Origin: an uncultured delta proteobacterium
GTDB lineage: Bacteria > Myxococcota_A > Polyangia > Polyangiales > Polyangiaceae
Direction: 5' to 3'
Assembly: GCA_963806225.1 (NCBI GenBank)
Contig: CAWDXG010000001.1
Coordinates: forward strand, 544,001-608,000
Length of the DNA stretch: 64,000 nt
Below are positions 34,766-44,883 of this stretch, piece by piece; position 1 is the first letter of the stretch; every line of letters begins with the position of its first letter. The notes beneath the pieces are model-generated. The model was not told the origin of the DNA and made no database searches. It saw only the letters and a list, made by a program, of their open reading frames with translations. A program made the position numbers and the translations under genes.

Positions 34766-35924
34766 TCACGGCGAAGTGACCTCCCGCTCTTTCAGGATCG
34801 CGCGCGCGATGACGATGTGCTGCACGTCGGTCGCGCCCTCGTAGATGCGCAATGGGCGGATGGCGCGGTACAGGCGGTCGACGATGTGTTCGGCGAGCAC
34901 GCCGCGGCCGCCGACGAGCTGCACGGCGTCGTCGATGATGCGCTGCGCGGCCTCGGTGGCGAAGGCCTTGGCCATCGCGCTCGGGAGTGTGACGCGCGCT
35001 GCACCGCGGTCCTTCTCCATCGCCGCGCGGTAGACGAGCAGGCGCGAGGCGGAGAGATCGATCGCCATGCGTGCCAGGCGGTTCTGGACCATCTGGAAAT
35101 CGGCGAGCGGCTGCCCGAACTGCCGCCGCTCCGTCACGTGCGTCGAGCGCCTCGTCGAGCGCGCGCCGCGCCATGCCGGCGGCAGCAGCGGCGACCGTGG
35201 TGCGCAGCGCGTCGAGCGTGGCCATGCCGAGCTTGAAGCCCTGACCCTCGTCACCGACGCGCGCGGAGGCCGGCACGCGGCAGCCGTGGAAGGCGAGCTC
35301 GCCGAGCGGGATGCGGTGCGCTCAGCACGAGTGGCTTGACCAGCTCGAGGCCAGGGTTGTCCGCGCCCACCACGAAGCAGGACATGCCGCGGTGTCCGGC
35401 GTCGGGGTCGGTCTTGGCGAACACGGTGTAGAAGTCCGCGATGCCGGCGTTGGAAATGAGCGTCTTGCCGCCGTCGAGGACGTAGTCGCCGCCGTCGCGG
35501 CGCGCCCTCGTTTGCAGGCTGGCCACGTCCGAGCCCGCCTCCGGCTCCGTCATCGCGAAGGCTGCCATCGCGCGGCCCTCCACCACGGCGGAGAGCCAGC
35601 GCTCTTTGAGCTCTTCGCTGCCCGCCATGGCGATAGGCGTCGAGCCGAGCGCCTGCAGTGCGAACACCTCGTCGGCGAGCGATGACGCGGCGCCGAGCGC
35701 CTCGCGGATCAGGCAGCACGCGCGCAGATCCAGCGGGTGCGCGTAGCGCAGCACGCCCGCCGAGCCGAGCCGCGCGAGGATTTCGCGGGCCTGTTGGCGC
35801 GCCTCGGCGTCGTCGGCTGGCGGGGGCAGGGGAGCTATCTGCTCGGCAGCGAAGTCGTCGACCTCGCGTGCGAGCTGACGTGGGGGTCGTCGAGGAAAGC
35901 GTCGATCTCTTCGGTCTGCGGCAT
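34766..35924 (-). CDS. Acyl-CoA dehydrogenase (frameshifts near 35880, 35308 and 35145)
   Basis: [22 protein letters not shown] and RIYEGATDV distributed over successive frames. Confidence 0.85.
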
Positions 35925-35988
35925 GTCCCCGGTGTAGCCGAGCGCTGCCGGCTCGCCTAGTCTCGGGGGCACGGAGGAAGGGGAGCGA

Positions 35989-37756
35989 ATGGTGTCAGTG
36001 CGATCGACAGAAGCAGTCTGGGCCGTGGCGTTGCTGGCGACCGGATGCGGCCCCGCGCCGAGGCCGGTGGCGCCCCCTCCTCCGCCGCCCGGAATAGCGC
36101 AGCCTGTGGCTATCGCTGCACCGGCGCCGGCCGCGGCTCCGGAACAGCCGGTGGAGCTCCAGCAGGCCTCGGGCCAGACACAGAGCTCGGGACAGTTCGA
36201 CGTGGGGCCCGTGAGCGGCCGCCCGTCGCGACAGGGGCATACCGATCCCGTGCACGTGCTAGCGCTCGGCGTGACGCTCAAGAAGAAATGGCAGACGCCG
36301 TGTGGGCCGCACGACCTTCCGCACGACGATGGCGCTGGTCGGCGGCCAGGTCGTCATCGGTACTCACGGCCGCACGCTCAAGGGCAAGAACGAGCGCGAC
36401 GACGGCGTGTACGTGCTGGAAGCGAAGACCGGCAAGCGCGCGCGGCTGATCCGCACTCCCGGTCACGGCGACCTCGACGTGGGCGGCGTGGCGGTCGACG
36501 GCGCAGAGCGTCGTTCTTCACCACCGACAACTCGCAGATCGTCAAGGCAGAGCTCGGCGGCAAGATCCTGTGGAAGGCGCACGCCAAGGGCAAGGTGCGT
36601 CCCGCGCCGGCGCTCGCGGATCTGGACGGCGACGGCGATCTGGACGTCGTGGTCGGCGACGAATCGGGCATGCTGCGTGCGCTCGACGGCAAGACCGGCA
36701 AGCGGCTGTGGGCGGTGGCCACCGGCGGCAACGACTACGGCGCCAAGGGCTTCATCGGCGCGGCGGCCGTCGCGGATCTGGATGGCGACGGGCATCCCGA
36801 CGTGGTTGCCGGGGCGCGCGACGGCATCCTCTCGGCCTACCGCGGGACCGACGGCGGCGTGCTCTGGCAGATCGCCAACAGCTCCGGTATCCACGCCTCG
36901 CCCATCATCGCGGACTTCGACCAGGACGGTCATCCCGAGGTGCTCGCCGCGTGGTCGTACGGCGACGTGGCGATCGCCGACGGCAAGACCGGCGACAAGC
37001 GCTGGGCCACGCGACTCGCACAGGACAGCGGCGGCATCGAGGGGCTGTTCGGGACGCCCACGCCTCTGCCCGGCGCGCCGGGCGTGCTGATCGCGCCCAC
37101 ATCGTGGTGGGGCAAGGAGGACGGCATTATCGGCGTGGGCGTGGACGAGCGGCGGTTCAGGTCGTTCGAGGGCCGTGTGTCGGCGAGCGCCGTGGTCACG
37201 GACCTGGCGAACGACGGCAAGCTCGAAGCCATCCTCGGCACCGAAGCGGGCAAGCTCGTCGCGCTCACGGCGGACGGCGGGCGCGCGGTGCTCGCGAAGC
37301 TTGGCGGGCCGATCGAAGCGCCGGCAATGCTCGCCGACACGGATGGCGACGGCGACGTACGAGCTCCTGGTCGCGTCCAACGACGGCAAGCTGACGTGCT
37401 TCGAGACGGGGTCGACGGCAAAGCCGTTCATCTCCCGCTTCCGCGGCGAGAGCCTGCACAACACGGGGGTCGTCGGTGCGACGAAGCTGGGCTGGCACTC
37501 GCAGCGGCAGGGCATGGGCGCGCCGGCGGCGTCGCGCGGCGGCGCATCGCGCGGCGGCATCCGTGTCGACTACCTGCGCTGCTGCAAGGCGCTGACGGAC
37601 CAGGCGACGCGCGCTCCGACGCCGCAGAACAAGCGCTACCTGGAGGCTGCGTCGGTGTGCAACTCGCTGGCGGGGCTGAATACGGATCGCTCGAAGGCGC
37701 TGTCTTCGGTCCAGGCGGTGCTGCGCGGAGCGGATGTGCCGCGAGAGTGCCGGTAG
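35989..37756 (+). CDS. PQQ-like/FG-GAP repeat lipoprotein (frameshifts near 36300, 36510 and 37355)
   Basis: Lipobox ATGC, repeated ADLDGDG and DGKTGKRLW motifs, Cys-containing C-terminal domain. Confidence 0.75.
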
Positions 37757-37989
37757 GATCACGTCTCGCTTCGCGTCCCGCTCCGCGTCGGTCGCGGCCT
37801 TCGCGTGCTCGCGGCCAACCTCGGCTCCGCACGCGGGGCAGTTTCGCGACGCGCGCGAGCCGCGGTGGCTCCGCCTCGGGGGCCGCTTGCGCTCGCGAAG
37901 ACCACTACCGACGCTCCGCTTGTAGCGTTGCGGGCGCTCGGGCCTCCCTGATACCCGGACGCATCGGAACCGCTTGATCAGACCGGAAC

Positions 37990-38231
37990 AAGCATGAGGG
38001 GGAGCGACGAGGGCGCCCCGGTCTACGGCATCGCCGCCTTGGGAGTATTGATGGTGATGCCGGTGAAGTAGCCATTGGCGTCTGCGTTCGCCTTCAGGCT
38101 TCCCACGAACAGTAGCCAGCAGAAATCCGCAGCTGCTCAGCGATCCATGCAAGGACAGCGCGTGCGACACGACGGGCTCGGCGCGGCGCACCACGGGGCT
38201 CACGTCCGACACCATCGGCTTCCAGCTCGGT
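37990..38231. pseudogene. Rearranged remnants of genes homologous to the 58379-61000 cassette
   Basis: Plus strand 38127-38231 encodes PQLLSDPCKDSACDTTGSARRTTGLTSDTIGFQLG (no start codon); minus strand ends in AAMP* at 38023 followed by sequence like 59816-59850. Confidence 0.75.
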
Positions 38232-38322
38232 CGTCGCCGCGACGAGAACCGACCACCCGCCGCTGGATCACTCGATTGCGCGCGGTCTTGTGCCGTGACG
38301 GGCGCGCGGGTACCGTCATGAG

Positions 38323-39456
38323 ATGCGCTCGACGCCGGCTGCTGCTCTGACGATGGCTCTGCTCGCCGCCTGCGGTTCGAACGCTTCGAGCTCGCGCGGC
38401 GGCGCGCCGGACGCCTCCGCCGAAAGCGGCGGGGCAGCGGGAACGTCGGGCAGCGGCGGCAGCAACGGCGTGGCAGGGAGCGATGCGGGCGGCGACGCGA
38501 ACGGCGCGGGCAGCGGTGGCGCGGCGGGCAGCGGTGGCGCGGCGGGCAGCGGTGGCGCGGCGGGCAGCGGTGGCGCGGCGGGCAGCGGTGGCGCGGCGGG
38601 CAGCGGTGGCATCGAGCCGCTGTTCGGCGCGGCGTTCAGCCCGCACGACGCGACCCGCCAGAACGCGCTGGTCACGCAGTTCGGCGGCCTCGAAGTGACG
38701 CGCTCGTACGACGGAACGAAGGGCGTCGCGCCATTCCTGAATGCCTACCAGGCGCTCGACGCAAAGCAGGGCGCGGCTTCGGCCTACTCGTTCAAGTACC
38801 TGCCGGCCGACGTGCTTGCCGGCAAGGACGACGCCGCGCTGAAGAGCTTCTTCCAGGGCATCCAGGACCACCACCCGGTGTACTGGACATACTGGCACGA
38901 ACCGGACGACGAGCTCTACAAGACGCACACCTTCACACCGAGCGACTATCGAAAAGCGTGGGCGCACATTCGCGCCCTCGCCGACGGCGTCGAGGCCAAG
39001 CGCCCGAATCTCGAGATCTACGCGACACTCATCGTCATGGAATATTCCATGCGCCCGACTGTCGCGCCGAACCGGCCGCTTACCGGGCCGAACGGCATGT
39101 ACCCGGGCGATTCGGTGATCGACGTGTTCGGCGTGGACGCCTACAACGCCGGCGCGCAAAACGGCACTCTCTACGACCCGGCGACGCAGTTCGGCAAGGT
39201 CATCGATTTCGCCGAGCAGCACAAAAAGCCATGGGCGATCGGCGAGCTCGGCTCGTGCCCGGTGAAAGGCAACGCCAACGGCCGCGCCGAGTACCTGACG
39301 CAGGCCATCAAGTACTGGAAGAGCCGGAACGATCCACCGGTCTACGCCGCGTACTTCGACGTAGCGTGGTCGACGTGCGACTACACGCTCGACGGAGACG
39401 CCGCCGCGACGAAAGTATGGAAGACGGCGGTGACGCAGGGGCTCAAGGCATTTTGA
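38323..39456 (+). CDS. GH26-like (clan GH-A) glycoside hydrolase lipoprotein
   Basis: Lipobox AACG; WHEP acid/base, YPGD..IDVFGVDAY, KPWAIGELG nucleophile. Confidence 0.75.
   Translation: MRSTPAAALTMALLAACGSNASSSRGGAPDASAESGGAAGTSGSGGSNGVAGSDAGGDANGAGSGGAAGSGGAAGSGGAAGSGGAAGSGGAAGSGGIEPLFGAAFSPHDATRQNALVTQFGGLEVTRSYDGTKGVAPFLNAYQALDAKQGAASAYSFKYLPADVLAGKDDAALKSFFQGIQDHHPVYWTYWHEPDDELYKTHTFTPSDYRKAWAHIRALADGVEAKRPNLEIYATLIVMEYSMRPTVAPNRPLTGPNGMYPGDSVIDVFGVDAYNAGAQNGTLYDPATQFGKVIDFAEQHKKPWAIGELGSCPVKGNANGRAEYLTQAIKYWKSRNDPPVYAAYFDVAWSTCDYTLDGDAAATKVWKTAVTQGLKAF
38506..38610 (+). repeat. 18-bp tandem repeat GCGGGCAGCGGTGGCGCG, about 5.8 copies (AGSGGA linker)
   Basis: Perfect tandem units read directly. 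Confidence 0.95.
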
Positions 39457-39522
39457 GCGCGGAGACAGGCCGTCCGGCTCGCGGACGTAGGCGCGGGGCA
39501 CGTAGCCACCGTGGCTGTGGTT

Positions 39523-41259
39523 CTATGCGCTCGATCGCGCGCTGCCGGCGCGCCAGGGCTCGAGCACCACGCGCGCCGCGTGCTCGCCGAGCTCGCGCAG
39601 GTAGGGCGCCTCGTGCGCGCGCCGCGAGCCGAGCAGCGGGTCGCTCACACTGAGAGGCGTGAGGCTCTGGTTGACCACCCAGGCAAAGGGCGTGATCCCG
39701 GCGCGTGACAGATCGCGCTCGAGCTGCATCGCCTCGTGGATGGGCGTCGCTTCCGCCAGCGTCACCAGAAGGATGTGCGTGAACGCCTTGTCGCGCAGCC
39801 GCGGCAGCAGGCGCTGCACGGCCTCGGGGCTGCCGCTCGGCTTCTTCAGCACCTCGCGGTGATAGGACTCGGCCGCGTCGAGCAGCAGCAGCGTGTGCCC
39901 GGTCGGCGCCGTGTCGATCACCACGAAGCGGTCCTCGCCCTGGCTCACCGTCTCGGCGAAGGCGCGGAACACGGCGATCTCCTCGGTGCAGGGGCTTCGC
40001 AGATCCTCCTCCAGAAGCGCGCGGCCCTGCGCGTCCAGCCCGCTGCCCGCCGTCGCCAGCACCTCCTCGGTGTAGCGCCGCGTCTCGAGCTCGGGATCGA
40101 TGCGCGTCACTCGCAGGCTCGCCGAGCCCTGCCCCAGCTCGCGCGCCGCCTGCTCGACGTGCGCGGCCGGGTCGGTGGTCGTGAGCGTCACCGGGAAGCC
40201 GCGGCGCGCCAGCTCTCCGGCGATGCGCGCGGCCACAGTCGTCTTGCCGACGCCGCCTTTCCCCATGGTCATGATGACACCGCGCTTGTGCGCGGCCAGC
40301 TCGTCGATGAGCTGGTCGAGCTGCTCGGCCGAGACCGCGCCGGCGCTTGCCTGCGGCACCTCCGCGCCGATCGTGTCCCGATCCGCCAGCCGGCGCAGCG
40401 CGTCGACGCCGAGTAGCGCGGAGCCGAGCAGCGGCACGTCCACGCGCGGCAGCTTGCCCAGGCCCGCCGGCAGATCGGCGATCGAAGCCCGGCCCAGGGC
40501 CTGCATGGCCGCCGCCGTCTTGTCGGCGGGGTCATGCGCCTCGAACACGCCGTTCAGGATCAGGCGCACGTTCGAGACGCCGAGCTCCGCCAGTTCGGCG
40601 CGCGTGCGCTCCGCCTCGGTGATCGACGGCCGCTCGGGGCGTGCAACCAGCACCAGCGTGGTCTGCGCGGGATCGCGCAGCGCGCGGTTCGAGGCCGCGT
40701 ACAGCGCCTTCTGCGCTTCGAGCCCGGAGAGCGGACCCAGACACGACGTGCCGCCCACGTTGGTGTCGATGAAGCTCGTCCAGGCCGCGGGTAGCTCGAG
40801 CAGGCGCAGCGTGTGACCGGTCGGCGCGGTGTCGAAGACGACGTGATCGAAGTCGGCCGTCGCAGCGCCGTCGCCGAGCAGCTTCGAGAACTCGTCGAAG
40901 GCGGCGATCTCGACGGTGCACGCGCCCGAGAGCTGCTCTTCCATGCTGGTGACGGCCGCGGCCGGCAGCACGTTGCGAAATGGACCGACCACGCGCTCGC
41001 GGTAGGCCGCTGCCGCCTGCTCGGGATTGATGTCGAGCACCGACAGCCGCGGAACGGCGGGCACGGCGGTCGGCGTCGAGGCGACCTCGACGCCCAGCAC
41101 CTCGCCCAGGTTCGAAGCCGGATCGGTGCTGACGAGCAGCACGCGCTGCCCCGCGTCGGCCAGGGCGATGGCGGTCGCGCAGGCCGACGAGGTCTTGCCC
41201 ACGCCGCCCTTGCCCGTGAAGAACAGAATACGCGTCGGGTCCTGGACGAGTGGTGACAT
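39523..41259 (-). CDS. arsA: Arsenical pump-driving ATPase
   Basis: Two GKGGVGKT P-loops, two DTAPTGH motifs, LSGACT, SCLGP and RSPCTEE. Confidence 0.97.
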   Translation of the reverse strand: MSPLVQDPTRILFFTGKGGVGKTSSACATAIALADAGQRVLLVSTDPASNLGEVLGVEVASTPTAVPAVPRLSVLDINPEQAAAAYRERVVGPFRNVLPAAAVTSMEEQLSGACTVEIAAFDEFSKLLGDGAATADFDHVVFDTAPTGHTLRLLELPAAWTSFIDTNVGGTSCLGPLSGLEAQKALYAASNRALRDPAQTTLVLVARPERPSITEAERTRAELAELGVSNVRLILNGVFEAHDPADKTAAAMQALGRASIADLPAGLGKLPRVDVPLLGSALLGVDALRRLADRDTIGAEVPQASAGAVSAEQLDQLIDELAAHKRGVIMTMGKGGVGKTTVAARIAGELARRGFPVTLTTTDPAAHVEQAARELGQGSASLRVTRIDPELETRRYTEEVLATAGSGLDAQGRALLEEDLRSPCTEEIAVFRAFAETVSQGEDRFVVIDTAPTGHTLLLLDAAESYHREVLKKPSGSPEAVQRLLPRLRDKAFTHILLVTLAEATPIHEAMQLERDLSRAGITPFAWVVNQSLTPLSVSDPLLGSRRAHEAPYLRELGEHAARVVLEPWRAGSARSSA

Positions 41260-41268
41260 GATGCCCTT

Positions 41269-41730
41269 TCAGCAGCAGCTGCCGTTCCCGGTGGAACGAG
41301 TGATGCTAGAAGACGAACCACAGCAGCCGCCGGAGCTGGCCTTCGGCGCGGGCTCCGGCTTCGCCGACGAACCACAGCAGCCGCCGGACTTGGCCTTCGG
41401 CGCGGGCTCGGCCTTCGCATCCACCTTGACGCCGGCCCAGGCGGCCAGCTCGTCGCGCGACGGATACACGCCGCTGCTCTTGACCTCGTCGCCCACCTTC
41501 ACCACAGGCAGCCCGTCCTCGCCGCGCGCCTCGAGCGCCGCCTTGACCTCGGCGTCGCTCGCGAACGCGGCAGGCTGCTGCGACAGGTTGAAGCGCTCGA
41601 CCTGCACCCCCTGGCTCTTCAACCAGTCGAGGTCGGCGGCGAAGCGCACCAGCTCGGAATCGACGGAGGGACCGCAGATCCCGGTGGAGCAGCACATGGC
41701 GGGATCGAACACACGCAGAGTCACGGACAT
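41269..41730 (-). CDS. arsD: Arsenite metallochaperone
   Basis: DPAMCCSTGICG; C-terminal tail with three CC pairs including a duplicated segment. Confidence 0.95.
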   Translation of the reverse strand: MSVTLRVFDPAMCCSTGICGPSVDSELVRFAADLDWLKSQGVQVERFNLSQQPAAFASDAEVKAALEARGEDGLPVVKVGDEVKSSGVYPSRDELAAWAGVKVDAKAEPAPKAKSGGCCGSSAKPEPAPKASSGGCCGSSSSITRSTGNGSCC

Positions 41731-41740
41731 GAGGATACCT

Positions 41741-41756
41741 TTCGCTGATCGACGAT
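41741..41756. promoter_or_regulatory. Putative second ArsR operator upstream of arsD
   Basis: TTCG-N8-CGAT, same spacing as the site at 42109. Confidence 0.45.
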
Positions 41757-41771
41757 AGAGTCGGGGCTCGA

Positions 41772-42110
41772 CTAGAGGCTGCCGAGCAGGGCCTTCAGGC
41801 GCCGCAGCGTGCGCGGCTCGATGCAGTAGCAGACGCGGGGACCGTCCACCTCGCCGCGGATCAGGCCCACGCTCTTCAGCACCTTCAGGTGCTGCGAGAT
41901 GGTCGACTGCGCCAGCGGCACTTCTTCCACGATTTCACCGTAGACACAGGCGTTCCTGCGCGTCAGGATACGCAGGATCTGCACCCGGGCCGGGTGCCCG
42001 ATGGCCTTCGCCAGGGCCGCCAGCTCCTCGTCGGCTCCGCCGCCCTCGACCGGCCGCAGATCCGGCTCGTCGTTCGGCGCAGGGCAACAGACTGCGGCTT
42101 GTTCGTTCAT
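41772..42110 (-). CDS. arsR: ArsR/SmtB-family repressor
   Basis: [26 protein letters not shown] and GPRVCYC; first gene of the ars operon. Confidence 0.92.
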   Translation of the reverse strand: MNEQAAVCCPAPNDEPDLRPVEGGGADEELAALAKAIGHPARVQILRILTRRNACVYGEIVEEVPLAQSTISQHLKVLKSVGLIRGEVDGPRVCYCIEPRTLRRLKALLGSL

Positions 42111-42124
42111 CGTCGAACTACGAT
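42109..42124. promoter_or_regulatory. Putative ArsR operator overlapping the arsR start codon
   Basis: Palindrome ATCGT-CGAACT-ACGAT. Confidence 0.6.
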
Positions 42125-42512
42125 TAACTCGTCGCCGCGGCGGCGTCAAGGTGGGCAGCGTGTCCGGTGCGTCGGCAGCGATCCATTCTGCTCGCCGGTG
42201 CGCAGATCGGATGCGGGACGACCATCGACGCGGGCAGTGTGATCGCGCGTCGACTGCCGCCGCTCGGCCGCCCATTGCCCTGCTTGTGCTCGGCGAGCTG
42301 GTGGTTAGATTGAGCACCTCGGTAGCAACTGCGGACGCTTCCAGGAAGCTCCGACCACGTCGAGGGGCGTAGAGCAGTCGCCGAGGCATTGATGCGCGTC
42401 GCTCGCGGATCGCACCTGATCCGGAGGCGGGGCTCGTCCTGCGTGGGCATCGACGAACAAGGCGACGCTCGAGCCGGAGCTTTTCCGGTTCTTGCAGAAA
42501 GCGGAAATCCAT

Positions 42513-43399
42513 ATGACACGGTTTACGACCACGATGATTGGTTTGATCTTGGCATCGCTTGCGGGAGCTTGCTCGAGCTCCGGCGACTCGGCAGACGCCG
42601 GCAACAACCACGACGGAGCCGTGCCGGACGCCAGCGATGGATCCGTAACCGACGCCGCCAACGACGGGAACAACGACGGAGCCGTAGCCGACGCCGCCAA
42701 CGACAACGGCGCCGTGGATGCAGGGAACGCGAGCTCCGTGAACCTCGCGACATCCGGCAACTTCGCGATCCTTGCCAAGAGCGGGATCTCCACGGTGCCC
42801 ACATCGGCCATCACGGGCAATCTCGGCCTAAGCCCCGCTGCGGCCTCGTTCATCACGGGATTCTCGTTGACCATGGATAGCGGCAACGTCTTCGCAACGT
42901 CGCCCCAGGTCACGGGTCACGTGTTCGCCTCGGACTATGCGCTGCCCACACCTTCCACTCTGACGACCGCGATCGGCGACATGCAGCTCGCGTTCACGGA
43001 CGCGGCAGGTCGCGCGCCGGACGTCACGGAGCTCGGCGCAGGGAACATCGGCGGCATGACGCTGAAGCGGGGTGTCTACAAGTGGGGCACGGGGCTCCTC
43101 ATCCCGACCGACGTCACGCTGAACGGGAGTGCTACCAACGTCTCGGATCTTCCAGGTCGCCCAGGATCTCACCGTGAGCAGCGCGACCAACGTCGTGCTC
43201 GCAGGCGGCGCCGTAGCCAAGAACGTGTTCTGGCAGGTATCCGGCCAGGTGGAGCTCGGAACCACCGCCCACTTCGTGGGAGTCGTCTCGAGCCTGAACG
43301 TCCATCGCGTTGGAGACCGGCGCGTCCGTCGACGGCAGGCTGTTCGCACAGACCGCGGTTACCCTCGACGGCAGCACCGTCGTGCAGCCCGCGCCGTAG
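42513..43399 (+). CDS. Ice-binding protein family (DUF3494-like) lipoprotein (frameshifts near 43144 and 43297)
   Basis: Lipobox [55 protein letters not shown]. Confidence 0.9.
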
Positions 43400-43496
43400 C
43401 GACAGCGCGGGGTCGCGACGGATGGCGCGGCACTTTCCGGCCAAGCGGCTAACGGCGCACCCCTCAAGTCGCGGCGACAGCTGCCGTACTGGGGGC

Positions 43497-44855
43497 ATGG
43501 CATTCGATCCGGGCCGGAGGCTACGAGCGATCGCGCTCGCTGCCGCGCTGGTCGGCCTCCCGCACACGGCGCGAGCAGAAGCTCCACACATCATCGACGG
43601 CGGGGGCCACACCACCTACGGCTGGTTTGTCGCTGGCGCCAAGGGCGCCACCTATGCATTGCCGGGCGGAATCCGGCTGCAGCTTTCCCCCGGGGCCCGC
43701 GCACGCCTGTCTCCCTGGTCACAGAAGCTACTGCTCGAGCCAGGCCGACGCACACCGACGTGGACCGTCTCCCTCCGCAGTGGGCACGTCGGCGTGCAGC
43801 TACCCGAGCAGCATTCGCCGGGCGCCGTGCTCGTGAACATGCCGCGGCATCTCGGCGTCATTGCCCTCGCCGGGCACGTCGCTGCGGCGGTCGAGGGAGA
43901 GCGGTCGGCGATAGCGAACTTCGGGGGACGGGCGCTCTTCGGCACCGGAAGCGTATGGAAACCGCTGGCTCCCGGCGTCGCGCGCGTGAAGAGCTCGACC
44001 GGCCCGGCAGAGGAGCGACCGCTTCTGCCCTCGCCCGGATTGGCGCTCGTTCACTCGATCTGGCTGTCGCCGGACCAGGCGACGGACCTGGACGGCCTGC
44101 GCTGGAAGCCGGTGCGTAGCGCTGCCGGCTACCAGGTCAGCCTGCTCCGGAATGGCACGCGGATCCAGCACACCACTACCCGGGCAGCGGAACTGCAGAC
44201 CGCGTTTCAAAGCGTAGAGCCGGGTCGCTACGTTCTGGCCGTGCGCGCTGTGGACGCTGCCGGTCTCGAGGGCCATGCAGCGCTGGCCACGCTGCGCGTC
44301 GTGGGTGTGGCGCTGCCAGCCGGCGCCTACACCGACCCAGACGGCACGATCCGACTCGGCCATGGCCAGAAAGCCAGCTTCACCCACGCCGACGGCCTGG
44401 AAATGACGTACACCGGTGCCCGCGAGTTCCTCGACGCGCGGCGTCCGATAGGGCTCCACAAGGGCAAGCGGACGCTCGTGATGCTGCGTGCGGCGGGCAC
44501 CGACCAAACGGCCACCGTTCGCCTCGAGCGCCGCGAAGTACGCGTCGAGACGCAGATGGGCCCGAAGTGGGCACTGTGGCCGCACGACACAATCCACATC
44601 AGCATCCGTCTGCGGAAGCTCACTGCGTCCGCGGCGAAGGTGGAGATGATCCCACAGGTTACGCTCGGCACCACACCGATCGACGTCCACTGGCACCGCG
44701 ACGGGAACGTCCTGACGACAGACGTCGCTCCGCGGAGTGGCCGGGGCCCATGGGTGCTAAGGATCGACGTCAAGGATCAGCACGGCATCCCGCTCGCCCA
44801 CGATTTCCTGGAGATCGCCGCCTCTCGACCCCCGCTCCATGTGGCCCGGCGCTAG
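43497..44855 (+). CDS. Secreted protein with FecR-like N-terminal and FN3/Ig-like domains; paralogue of 12667-14037
   Basis: Signal peptide ending ARA; full-length colinear similarity to 12667-14037. Confidence 0.7.
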   Translation: MAFDPGRRLRAIALAAALVGLPHTARAEAPHIIDGGGHTTYGWFVAGAKGATYALPGGIRLQLSPGARARLSPWSQKLLLEPGRRTPTWTVSLRSGHVGVQLPEQHSPGAVLVNMPRHLGVIALAGHVAAAVEGERSAIANFGGRALFGTGSVWKPLAPGVARVKSSTGPAEERPLLPSPGLALVHSIWLSPDQATDLDGLRWKPVRSAAGYQVSLLRNGTRIQHTTTRAAELQTAFQSVEPGRYVLAVRAVDAAGLEGHAALATLRVVGVALPAGAYTDPDGTIRLGHGQKASFTHADGLEMTYTGAREFLDARRPIGLHKGKRTLVMLRAAGTDQTATVRLERREVRVETQMGPKWALWPHDTIHISIRLRKLTASAAKVEMIPQVTLGTTPIDVHWHRDGNVLTTDVAPRSGRGPWVLRIDVKDQHGIPLAHDFLEIAASRPPLHVARR

Positions 44856-44883
44856 GCCGCGCCGCCAACGCCGCGCTGCCCGG

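Noticed and set aside
38506..38610. Short tandem repeats here and near 29810-29895 and 50459-50545 as CRISPR arrays
   Set aside because: No spacers; they are in-frame Gly/Ala/Ser/Thr linkers; no cas genes.
42492..44855. Apparent 787-aa fusion of the ice-binding domain to the FN3-like protein
   Set aside because: Produced by frameshifts; the corrected ice-binding gene stops at 43399 and the second gene has its own signal peptide from 43497.
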